Assembly: GCA_030390025.1 (NCBI GenBank)
Contig: CM059438.1
Coordinates: forward strand, 744,001-808,000
Reading direction: 5' to 3'
DNA: 64,000 bases
Source: Squalus acanthias
Taxonomy: Eukaryota
The notes under the pieces were generated by a model. The model was not told the origin of the DNA, did not search any database, and saw only the letters and a program-made list of their open reading frames with translations. Both the position numbers and the translations under genes were made by a program. Of this stretch, positions 40,528-51,486 are shown piece after piece; the stretch's first letter is position 1; the number at the start of each line of letters is the position of its first letter.

Positions 40528-41138
40528 GGCCCGCTCCCTGTTCCCGACATTTCAGGCCCGCTCCCTGTTCCCGACATGACAGGCCCGCTCCCTGTTCCCG
40601 ACATTTCAGTCCCGCTCCCTGTTCCCGACATTTCAGGTCCGCTCCCTGTTCCCGACATTTCAGTCTCGCTCCCTGTTCCCGACATTTCAGTCTCGCTCCC
40701 TGTTCCCGACATTTCAGTCTCGCTCCCTGTTCCCGACATTGCAGGCCCGCTCCCTGTTCCCGACATTGCAGGCCCGCTCCCTGTTCCCGACATTGCAGGC
40801 CCGCTCCCTGTTCCCGACATTGCAGGCCCGCTCCCTGTTCCCGACATTGCAGGCCCGCTCCCTGTTCCCGACATTGCAGGCCCGCTCCCTGTTCCCGACA
40901 TTGCAGGTCCGCTCCCTGTTCCCGACATTGCAGGCCCGCTCCCTGTTCCCGACATTGCAGGCCCGCTCCCTGTTCCCGACATTGCAGGTCCGCTCCCTGT
41001 TCCCGACATTGCAGGCCCGCTCCCTGTTCCCGACATTGCAGGCCCGCTCCCTGTTCCCGACATTGCAGGTCCGCTCCCTGTTCCCGACATTGCAGGCCTG
41101 CTCCCTGTTCCCGACATTGCAGGCCTGCTCCCTGTTCC
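40528..41138 (+). repeat. 27-bp minisatellite (GGCCCGCTCCCTGTTCCCGACATTGCA), about 22.5 copies
   Basis: 9-aa periodicity in four ORFs (PLPVPDIAG, SGTGSGPAM, CREQGAGLQ, QARSLFPTL). Variant TTTCA units cluster at the left end. Confidence 0.95.
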
Positions 41139-41396
41139 CAAGATTTCTCTGTTCGCCAGAAATGCATTAAACTCAAACTGAGCCTCCAAAACTTTCTCCA
41201 GACGACATGATGTCCACGTTATTTTATAAAGTTTCATCCCAATTAAAAAGTAAACAGAACCTATACAAAATAAGCATTTCTGATATGACTGACAGCCTCT
41301 TCACAGAGTAACGAACAGTCACTGCAAACAGCTTCACAGCATATTTTCACCGAACAGTTTAAAAAAACAACATTGGAACCACCAAAAAACACAGAC

Positions 41397-41427
41397 TGCG
41401 CATGCGCAACTACTTCCGGTTCATTGG
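41397..41427. promoter_or_regulatory. Cluster of NRF1 (TGCGCATGCGCA), ETS/GABP (ACTTCCGG) and CCAAT motifs
   Basis: Perfect consensus matches at 41397-41408, 41412-41419 and 41423-41427. Function not shown. Confidence 0.4.
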
Positions 41428-41504
41428 CAGCAGTAGCGTCCTTCTAATTAAGGCTTCAGGGACTGATTAATCCACTAGGGGACAGAAAGGATTAGTTGTA
41501 ACAA

Positions 41505-42400
41505 AGTAGATGACACAAAACTTGGAAGTATAGTGAACAGTGAGGAGGATAGTGATAGACTTCAAGAAGACATAGACATGCTGGTGAAATGGGCGGGCAC
41601 GTGGCAGATGAAATTTAACACAGAAAAGTGAGAAGTGATACATTTTGGTAGGAAGAACAAGGAGAGGCAATATAAACTAAAGGGTACAATCCTAAATGGG
41701 GTGCATAAACAGAGAGACCTGAGGGTATATGTGCACAAATCATTGAAGGTGGCAAGGGCAGGTTGAGAAGGCAGTTTTTTTTAAAAAGCATACAGGATCC
41801 TGGGCTTCATAAATAGAGGCATAGAGTACAAAAGCAAGGAAGTTATGATGAACCTTTATAAAACACTGGTCCGACCTCAACTGGAGTATTCCAATTCTGG
41901 GCACCACAATTTAGGAAGGATGTGAAGGCCTTAGAGAGGGTGCAGAAAAGATTTACGAGAATAATTCCAGGGATGAGGGACTTCAGTTACGTGGATAGAC
42001 TAGAGAAGCTGGGGTTGTTCTCCTTAGAGCAGAGAAGGTTGAGAGGAGATTTGATAGAAGTGCTCAAAATCATAAGGGGTCTAGACAGAGTAGATAGAGA
42101 GAAACCGTTACCATTGGTGGAAGGGTCGAGAACCAGAGGACACAGATTTAAGGCGACATGAGGAAAAACTTTTTTACGCAGCGAGTGGTTAGGATCTGGA
42201 ATGCACTACCTGAAAGGGTGGTGGAGGCAGGCTCAATCTTTCAAAAGGGAATTAGCTAAGTACCTGAAGGAAAAAAAAATTGCAGGGCTACGGGGAAAGG
42301 GCGGGGGAGTGGGACGAGCTGAAGTGCTCTTGCAGAGAGCCGGCACGGGCTCGATGGGCCAAATGGCCTCCTTCTGTGCTGTAACCATTCACTGATTCGA
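41505..42400 (+). mobile_element. CR1 LINE 3' fragment
   Basis: gatgacacaaaacttgga (DDTKLG). ORF 41922..42161 ALERVQKRFTRIIPG...RRLRGDLIEV. CR1 tail. Confidence 0.9.
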
Positions 42401-43375
42401 TGTAGATGTTTCTCTAATGAACAACTTGCATTTATATAGCCCCTTTAACATAATAAAAATGTTTTAAGGCACTGCACAGAAACGTGATCAGACAAAACAT
42501 GACACCACAACATGTGGAGTCACCTAATGATGAAGGATTCGATTGGTCATCATATATTTTACATCAGAGAAAGGCACTTCTCTCCATTATTTGTTGTGTG
42601 TTCTTTGCAATTCTTAATACCCGCTGACAACAGCTTGTGAGCAAATCAGTCTGTTCTCTATGGTTCTCATAGAATTCCACAAAGAACAAAAGTCCTGAAT
42701 AGATGTCACGTCTGCGGAACATTACTTGCAGCCCAAGCAGGTCCCTTTTATAAAACATTGCATAGTCTAGAACTGAATAGGAAGCTGGGATTTCTAGCTT
42801 CAAATATGCACCAGACATCTAGTTACTCCAAAATAAGATCAATACTCCAAGATTAGACAACACACTTGAACAAGATTCAAGCTAGCCAACCAGGATATTT
42901 TCAGCTAACATTAGGTTTACTCTGGGCCTCAGTTCGTACACTGGAGGGACAAGAGTAGAAATAAAACAATAATATATTCAAAAGATGTTACTCCCCTGTA
43001 ATAAAACAACAACTTGCATTTTTATAGTTCCATTCTGTTCTCATCCGATCTTCACACACACACATTTTACCAGGGGGCCACTGGACTGCGATCAGGAGCA
43101 AGATTCCTCTCCTTAACCCAGGGCCTCTAAACCCAATTGTAGTGTACAAACTATCACTCCAAACAAGATCAGCTAGATCAGCATAGACCGGGAATCAAAC
43201 CTGGATCCTTTCGTGTCGTTTAGTTACATGCTGCCTTCATTTTATAAATATTGAAAGTACTCCCTCGCACTTATCTTTTCCTTTAATTATAAGAGATATT
43301 GGTATATATTGTTGGAAGGACACAATAAAATACAAATACGAGCTAGAATTGGTCTTAAACCTCCTTAAACAAACA

Positions 43376-43670
43376 ACACAACTACTTGCATTTATACAGC
43401 ACCTTCAATGTAGCAAAATGTCCCAAGGCGCTTCACAGGAGCGATTATCAAACAAAATTTGACACCGAGCCACATAAGGAGATATTAGGGCAGATGACCA
43501 AAAGCTTGGTCAAAGAGGTAGGTTTAAACAAGCATCTGAAAGGAGAAGAGTGTTAGAGAGGTGAAGAGGTTTAGGGAGGGAATTCCAGAGCTTAAGGCTT
43601 CGGCAGCTGAAGACACGGCCACCAATGGTCAAGCGATTAAAATCAGGGATGCGCAAGAGGCCAGAATTAA
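43376..43670 (-). mobile_element. L2 LINE 3' end
   Basis: Reverse complement of the 38530-38790 element. Confidence 0.85.
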
Positions 43671-44133
43671 TGAGGAGGGAAGTTGCAATTGCCCATCCTC
43701 CTAGTTCCAGGATATGAGCAGCACTTTGGAAGGCAGGGAGGTTTAGGAGTAAAAGAAAAAACTAAAATAGTAAAAAGTTATGCATATAGAGTGAAATCCA
43801 AATATAGAACCTCACTTTGAAATACTACAATCTCTGATAAAAGCCCACTCAGGTTTTTTTTTTAAACTGAGAAATCATATGAAATATTCTCTTTTCCCAT
43901 GCACCTCATTGCAATACAAGAGACTAGGCTGTAGAACTCGTGCAGCTCCCAAAAGCCAGCCTTCAAAGAGAAGGTTGAATGCATTTCCAATTGGAACACA
44001 AGCAGACCCTGGTTACAAATCAGACTAAAAATCACAATGTTGCATTGAAATATCCACCCACTCCCATTTGCTCAGAGGAAACCACTGTAAACAAAAGAAA
44101 TCTACTACAGATATGTAGAAACTGTACACTTAC

Positions 44134-44406
44134 CTTGATTGTCCGATTCAGAGTTAGACTTTTTGACAGTTAGATCCAAAGGTCTATCTTGGTCAGCCAT
44201 AAGAAGCTTGCTTAAAACAGGATTTAGAGCACTCGCACCGAGCACAGGCGTTTTAGATGCACTTGGGTCCTTAGTGCTGGTGAGTACAATAGAGTCCTGA
44301 GAAGTGCTAGTTTTTGAGGTATATTCAGCAGCAAACTGCCTGATCATTCGATGCATAATCTCACGAGCCACTAAAGGAATATTGGGGTCCGCAACCCGTG
44401 GGCTGT
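44134..44406 (-). CDS. LCOR: LCOR coding exon (presumed exon 5; 273 bp) with NR box LSKLL and CtBP-binding PLDLT motif
   Basis: tttgcag acceptor, AAG|gtaagt donor. DSPRVADPNIPLVAREIMHRMIRQFAAEYTSK...NPVLSKLLMADQDRPLDLTVKKS matches human LCOR MQRMIQQFAAEYTSK...NPVLSKLLMADQDSPLDLTVRKS. Confidence 0.96.
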
Positions 44407-44626
44407 CTGCAAAGGAGAGAAAAAAAAGTTACTATTTTCTCGGAAATGACAATTCTTTCCTCCCGAGATGGAGGAATAGGGCTGAAGATCCCTCTCCAAG
44501 ATGTCTTGGAAGCTACAGTATCCAGCATTTAATAAACAGGCTTATTGGAGATACCACTAGCTCACAATAAGTCTCTCTCTTACCTGTCTCATTCCTCTTT
44601 ATTTTTCCATATCCTAGTTTAACTTG

Positions 44627-45012
44627 TGAGAAGTCGCACAACACCAGGTTATAGTCCAACAGTTTTATTTGAAATCACAAGCTTTCGGAGCGCTGCTCCT
44701 TCGTCAGGTGAAGTGAAGAGATGTATATAGGCACAGCATATATAGTCAGAGAACACTGCCAGATGATTACAGTTAATCTTTCTAACTGCCCTTTATCACA
44801 CCTCGGGCAGTTAGAAAGATTAACTGCAATCATCTGGCAGTGTTTTCTGACTATTTATGCTGTGCCTATATACATCTCTTCACTTCACCTGACAAAGGAG
44901 CAGCGCTCTGAAAGCTTGTGATATCAAATAAAACTGTTGGACTATAACCTGGTGTTGTGCAACTTGTCACATTTGGCCACCCCAGTCCAACACCGGCATC
45001 TCCACATCATGG
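44627..45012. mobile_element. Penelope family-A insertion forming a long palindrome (arms 44625-44791 and 44805-44971, 13-nt loop)
   Basis: Arms are reverse complements with a few mismatches. 13-bp TSD ctagtttaacttg at 44614-44626 and 45013-45025. Each arm holds a hammerhead motif. Confidence 0.9.
44675..44711 (-). ncRNA. Minimal hammerhead ribozyme motif, intact core, LCOR-sense
   Basis: Minus strand: TCAC-CTGACGA-a-GGAGC agc GCTCC-GAAA-GCTT-GTGA. The + strand twin (44885-44921) has a mutated CTGACAA core. Confidence 0.7.
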
Positions 45013-45511
45013 CTAGTTTAACTTGATACAAGTATTATAGAATTAGCAGTTTTATCAGAGATTGGTGTCCAAGTAAGACTCCAAACCATCCGATATAAAC
45101 ATCTTAAAGGATCTGTTCAAATAGTTGTTTGATTGGCAGCTTTTCTGAATATAATAGTTTTTTAAACCAGTCACGTTTTGGACATATTTAATGTTTTATC
45201 TGTCTGAACCCCTCAAAGAGATAGTCAGAGCAATTGCTCCCATAGACAGGAAAAACAAGAGAAAGCAACTTCTACCTAGGAATATTGCTTATATCAAAAT
45301 TTAGCACAGCAGTCACAAAATATTTATTAAATTCTACTACAAGAAGCTATCCAAGCATAATAACTACTATAAAAATATATGTACCGTTACTGCCATTGTC
45401 CTTTTACTGCTTAATAAATTTACTTGGCAGTTGAAGCCCAAGTCCAAATCTAGTGCAGTGTTATTCTGCCACCTTCCAAAGACAAGGTAAATCATGTAAG
45501 GAAATAGGTTT

Positions 45512-45875
45512 AAGAACATAAGAAATAGGAGCAGGAGTAGGCCAGTCAGCCCCTCGAGCCTGCTCCGCCATTCAATATCATGGCTGATCTTCTACCTCAT
45601 CTCCACTTTCCTGCACTATCCCCATATCCCTTGATTCCCTTAACATCCAAAAATCTAATCGATCTCTGACTTGAATGTACTCAATGACTGAGCCTCCACA
45701 GCCCTCTGGGGTAGAGAATTCCAAAGATTCACCACCCACTGAGTGAAGAAATTTCTCCTCATCTCAGTCCTAAATGGCCGACCCCTTATTCTGAGACTGT
45801 GACCCCTGGTTCCAGACTCTCCAGCCAGGGGAAACAGCCTCCCTGCATCTACCCTGTAGAATTTTGTATGTTTCA
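45512..45875 (-). mobile_element. CR1 LINE 3' fragment
   Basis: ORF 45655..45876 DAGRLFPLAGESGTRGHSLRIRG...WNSLP. aagaacataagaaatagg tail. Confidence 0.9.
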
Positions 45876-46229
45876 AAGAATTTTGTAAGTATCTGAAATG
45901 AAGTTAGAAAAGGTTCGCTGTTCATTTCCTAGGCACACTACAAATTTACCTCGCTATCTGGGAAAGTAAAAACCACTGCCTCACATACCAAAATCAAAAA
46001 TATCTAGAGTCAAAAAGAGAAAAAAAAACCCAAGAACAGAATTGTATTCAAGTGAAGCAAAAAGATAAACAATAGAGCTCGTTGCCATAGATTATTAATC
46101 TAGGTCAGCCTCTCCTGATAGAACACCTTCATCAAAATATAGACTATAATAAATCAGTAGTCACATATTTAATAGGAAGGTGGGCTTGGGCCACCTGTAT
46201 GATAAACACTAAAAGCAGCGACTACGGAG

Positions 46230-48495
46230 GGAGCAAAGCAGTCAAACCAACAAATCGGAGAAAAGCTCTATTGCCCGACCACTTACAGTCGTCCATGGTG
46301 GTGGACCAACCAGGCAACTAGCAGGAGCAGCGGTTCCACAAACATCTCCATTCTCAACTGTAGTGGAGCCCAGCACGCGAGTACAAGAGACGAGGCAGAG
46401 TGCTTGCGAGCGTCTACAGCCAAAAGTGCCAAGTGGACTATCTTATTTCGGCCTCCTCCCTAAGGTCCCCACCATCATACATGACTGCCAATTCGGTTCA
46501 CTCCACATAACATTAAGAAGCTGAATGCATTAAATACAGTAAAGGCTATGAGCCTTGAATGCCTGTGCACCAGAGCTAGTCACTCTCATCAAGCTGTTCT
46601 AGCACCACTGCTATGATACTGGCATATACCAGACAATTTGGACGATTGCCCAATTAAGTACAATCCACTAAAAATAGGAGAAATCTAACCTGGTAAATTA
46701 CTGCCCTATCAGCATCCTCCTAGTCATCAGTAAAGCGATGGAAGGTGTCATCAATAGTGCATCAACCAACACCAAATTACTGATAACCTGCTCCCCAGTG
46801 CTCAGTTCAGTTTCTGACAGAACCACTCAGCCCCAGACCTCAGCACAGCCTTGATAAGAACATAAGAAATAGGAGCAGGAGTAGGCCAATTGGCCCCTCG
46901 AGCCTGCTCCGCCATTCAATAAGATCATGGCTGATCTGATCCTAACCGCCAATCTACTATCACGGAACCATCTCCTGAACCTAACAGAATTGGACACACG
47001 AAATAGGAGCAGGATCGGGCTACACGGCCCCTGGGCCCGCTACGCTACCCACAGGGCCATGACCGATCCGAACCTAGACTCATGTCCAAATTCCTGCCCG
47101 CTCCCCGTAACCCTTAATTCCCTTTACTTCTAGGAAACTGTCTATTTCTGTTTTAAATTTATGTAATGATGTAGCTTCTACAGCTTTTTGGGGCAGCATA
47201 TTCCATGGACCTACCACCCTCTGAGTGAAATAGTTCCTTCTCATCTCAGTTTTGAAAGAGCAGCCCCTTATTCTAAGATTATGCCCCCTAGTTCTAGTTT
47301 CACCCATCATCGGGAACATCCTCCCCGCATCCACCCGATCCAACCCCTTCACAATCTTATATGTTTCAATAAGATCGCCTCTCATTCTTCTGAACTCCAA
47401 TGAGCAGAGTCCCAATCTACCCAACCTCTCCTCATATGTCCATCCCCTCATCCCCGGGATTAACCGAGTGAACCTTCTTTGTACTGACTCGAGAGCAAGT
47501 ATGTCTTTCCTTAAGTAAGGACACCAAAACTGTATGCAGTATTCCAGGTGCGGTCTCACCAATACCTTGTACAACTGAAGCAATACCTCCCTATTTTTAT
47601 ATTCTATCCCCTTAGCAATGAAAGCCAACATTCCATTGGCCTTCTTAATCACTTGCTGCACCTGCATACTAACCTTTTGAGTTTCGTGCACCAGGACCCC
47701 CAGATCCCTTTGTACTTCAGTACTTTCCAGTTTCTTGCCATTTAGATAATAACTTGCTCTACTATTTTTCCTGCCAAAGTGCATAACCTCACACTTTCCA
47801 GTATTGTATTCCATCTGCCAAATCTCTGCCCACTTCCTTAGCCTGTCTATGTCCCCTTGCAGATTTTTTATGTCCTCCTCACTCACTACTTTCCCTCCCA
47901 TCTTAGTATCATCTGCAAACTTTGATATGTTACACTCGGTCCCCTCCTCCAAATCGTTAATATAGATTGTAAAGAGTTGGGGACCCAGCACTGACCCCTG
48001 CGGAACACCACTAGTTACTGATTGCCAGTCTGAGAATGAACCATTTATCCCAACTCTCTGCCTTCTGTTAGATAGCCAATCCTCTATCCATGCCAGAATG
48101 TCAAGGGAGAGAAACTGCCCTCAACATCAAGACAACATTTGACAAAATATGACACCAAGACACCCTAACAAAACTGAAGTCAGTGAGGGTCAAAGGGAAA
48201 ACTGACAGTTTGCAGTACAGCAACTCACCAGTACCTCCTTCTTCTACAACCTCAATCACGAGAATGACAAGAGCAGCAATGTCACGAGAACACCATTACC
48301 TATAATTCATGGACCATTCTGTCTTAGACCATTCCTTCACTGTAGCTGGATCAATATCCTGGTACCCCTTACCAAGCACCATCACTACAAGGAATGCAGT
48401 AGTTCAGGGAAAAGGCCCACCTCCACCTTCTCAAGGCAACTAGGATTGAGCATTAAATGCAGCCTTGCCAGCGTCGTCCACATTCAGAATTTTAA
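46230..48495 (+). mobile_element. Old degenerate non-LTR element (family of 51487-52660) split by a younger CR1
   Basis: 46230-46852 carries upstream RT motifs (aattactgccctatcagc...tcatcagtaaagcgatggaagg). 48101-48495 resumes at ctgccctcaacatcaag, as at 51505. Confidence 0.7.
46856..48101 (-). mobile_element. Young CR1 LINE, 5'-truncated, with uninterrupted RT C-terminal ORF
   Basis: ORF 47080..47991 (LGPQLFTIYINDL, KFADDTK, VRPHLEYC, RRMRGDLIE) stays open upstream to about 48100 (WIEDWLSNRRQRVGING...GVPQGSV). Confidence 0.95.
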
Positions 48496-49395
48496 AAAAA
48501 ATAAACCATATTGTCATATTATAAAATGTGATAAAGACAGATACTGGTACACTATTGGTGTTTCTGGGTCACTACCTTACTGCTCTGGACAATGCTCCAG
48601 AAATAGCAGTGACAGGCAGCATGGGAGTTGAGTCACCAAAATTTTGGTCCCTCTCATGCTGCATCATAAAGTTCAGCTCCAACATCATCATGAATAGCAA
48701 TGGAAAGATGTAGGCAGCAATTTCTGGTCATGTTGCTGCACAGAATTTCATAATATATGAGGAACTATGCGAGTGAAGAAGTAGATGCATTAGAAAACTC
48801 AACCATTAGATTTCCAGTGCGTGCTTGAAGCAATGGGGAAAAACTCAACAACTGAAAATACTTGATTTGGATAAACTCCCAGAGTTTAAACTCTACCCCC
48901 AAAGGTTTTCTTTCTTCTCTTAAGCACCACTGAGTGACTAAAGTATGAAAAAAGTTAACTGATTAAAGTTGAATCATATAATTAAGGATAGTTTTCATTG
49001 TGAATACTCACCTCTGAGGGTCTATCAAACATTGTACCATCCACCTTAGTCACCACTATGATATAAACTAAAACTTCAATCCAAATCAGACATCAAAGAG
49101 CGCAAAGAACAACATTTCCCATCTGTTGCCTTGAGACTTTCTTTCCCTAGGGGTTCTTTACTTGGGCACCAAATGATTATTAAACTTAAGATTCAGACAA
49201 TAATTTCCACACGATTCTCTGACTTGGAATAAAATAGGACTTCCCACAAGGCAAGCTTCAAAACCTGGTAAATCCAATTATTTTGTGGAGTCCTTAGCAA
49301 GTACAGAAATAATACAGCACGGAATGCAGGTTCAAAAGCAACCAATTCACCAGAAGCAAAATAGTTCCATAACAGCAGCTTCTCTAATGACTTAC

Positions 49396-49528
49396 CTTTT
49401 TTCTGAAAGACAGCATTGAGAAATTCTTCTGCTTGCTTTTCTAAACGGTTAATTTTGGCCTGTTCCTGTTTTGACAATGCCTCTTCACCAACTTCTAATT
49501 TTGGTTGATCAAGAGCGACTAAATGTTC
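49396..49528 (-). CDS. LCOR: LCOR coding exon (presumed exon 4; 133 bp), EHLVALDQPK...LEKQAEEFLNAVFQKK(D)
   Basis: ctctacag acceptor, AAG|gtaagt donor. Lies within ORF 49193..49546. Similar to LCORL IECQAENYLNALFRKKD. Phase 0/1. Confidence 0.92.
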
Positions 49529-50187
49529 CTGTAGAGAAGCAAGCATGCAATTAGAACTATACTTGTAAAGGAAGAAGTTCGACTAAATTCACTAAACAAA
49601 TACGACAAATGACCTGGTGTATAAGTAGCACCTTCATACATGGTTTTAGTTCCTCTTTATTAAAAAAAAGGGAAGAATTTGTGTACCAATACAGCTTAGT
49701 GCTTTAACTGAAATGGCGACTGTAAAATTGAAGGGTGAATTGTACACCAGATTCTACTTTAAATGTTTTAAATAAACAGGAATATAAGTTGTCTATAGCA
49801 ATTGTTACTGATATGAAGATCAGTTCATTCATATTAACAAGTAAAGAGATGCACACCGGAGACCAACAGGATATGATATTTATCTCACTCAGAAAATCTG
49901 ATTGAAGTTGCGAGTGTGTTATTCAGTCAGGTCGAAGATCCTGATGGACTTTTTGTTTATTCAATCCATTAGATTTTTTCAATTTTCTCAAATTTGGGGG
50001 TTAGGTTTATATGTTATGGGAATGGTGTAGTGATAGTACAGTAACCTATGCAATGCTACAGTGATAATGCCACCCACTGATTGTCCCATGCTTGCAATTA
50101 TCCTGTTGTCATGGCAGCACAGGGAGGAAGTGTTCTGCAACACACTAAGCTAGAGTGACTCACGAAAACCATTAGCATCGCTGGGTA

Positions 50188-50282
50188 TAAACAGAAAATG
50201 CTGGAAACACTCAGCAGGCCAGGCAGCATCATTTTCTGTTTATACTTAAGACTTGCAACAGCCGCAATATTTTGCCTTTTGT
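50188..50282. mobile_element. Short Penelope family-B inverted remnant
   Basis: 17-bp TSD attagcatc(g/c)ctgggta at 50171-50187 and 50283-50299. aaacagaaaatgctggaaacactcagcaggc and attttctgttta arms. Confidence 0.75.
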
Positions 50283-51486
50283 ATTAGCATCCCTGGGTAC
50301 TTCAATATTGACGGCAAGTCTACAGTACTCCTGCAGCTGACAGCTGATAATATAAAGCAGGCAAACCCTATACCTCCAACAACACCAGGGAGCCAGTGTT
50401 TTAAGAGTTCAGAGAGCGGAAGGTGGAGGTGCTATTGTCACTAGCCCTCCAACAGGATACTGGCAGCATGCATGGTACAACCACAAATGTTGAATTTGTG
50501 TGGTTCATGCTTTGTACTTAAAGATCGAACAGAGCCTGTTCATTCCGAAAGCACAAATAGAGTCATTCACAATGTAATTAACCACTGAGCTCTTTTTTTT
50601 GGTGAAGGAAATAGCCTGAAAATGCAAAACAATCATGCAAAATGTTTTTAGCTGACTCACTGTCCTTTGTAAAACCATTAAAAACATTTTTCCATTATGA
50701 ACTATAATGTCTGTGCAGTCAGGAAACGATCTACTATACTGTCTGTGCTTTCAGGAAATTATCTACAAGCATCTAAGATTAATTTTCTTGTATTCAAAGA
50801 ATTAATGATCTAAAATCCTGACTTTGAAAGAAATAACAGGTTAAAAACTGGAAGGTTTTTCAGTTCAGCTGTTTATTGTGTTCTGAGATTGAGGACATCC
50901 GAACATGAGACTTATGCTGCGTATATAATGTTTTAATTATAATTAACCAATACCAAAAGGCAGATGCAAGAGAAATCATACTGAATTTACTTAACCAGGA
51001 TATTGTTTCACAAAAGAGTAAACTTACATTTTTTCATCAGAAAGTTAATGAAAAAGATAATTAGCCCATTATTGACTTTACTATTTTAGTTTGATGCAGA
51101 ATTATTTTGTACTGCATACTTGTATTTAATTGTAAATATATTAGTTGCTTTAGCCTGAGAAAACTACCTCCAATTCGTATGTAATGTCTGCCTATTCAAA
51201 GAAAGTCTGCAGCATAGCACAAGACTACATTTAATCCAGTAGGAGTCTGACTGCAAATAGGGTAATTATTTATCCTTGGAGTCACCCCACTCTATGAGGA
51301 TTGACCATTTGAAAAAGTACAGCTTTTGAATCACAAGGCACAAGATTAGCTTATCAAAATTGCTGTGAAAACAATGAAAGAGAAGAAACTATCCTATAAA
51401 AACCCTAAATTTCAACATGCACAAAAAAGGAGCCGCAGCATTCACCTCACCCAATTAGCCTTTCTCCATATAAAAGCTGAATTCCA

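Noticed and set aside
40528-41138. Regular short repeats resembling a CRISPR array
   Set aside because: Head-to-tail 27-bp units with no unique spacers, no cas genes and a vertebrate context.
44721-44921. 66-aa ORF
   Set aside because: Reads through the centre of the Penelope palindrome. Artefact.
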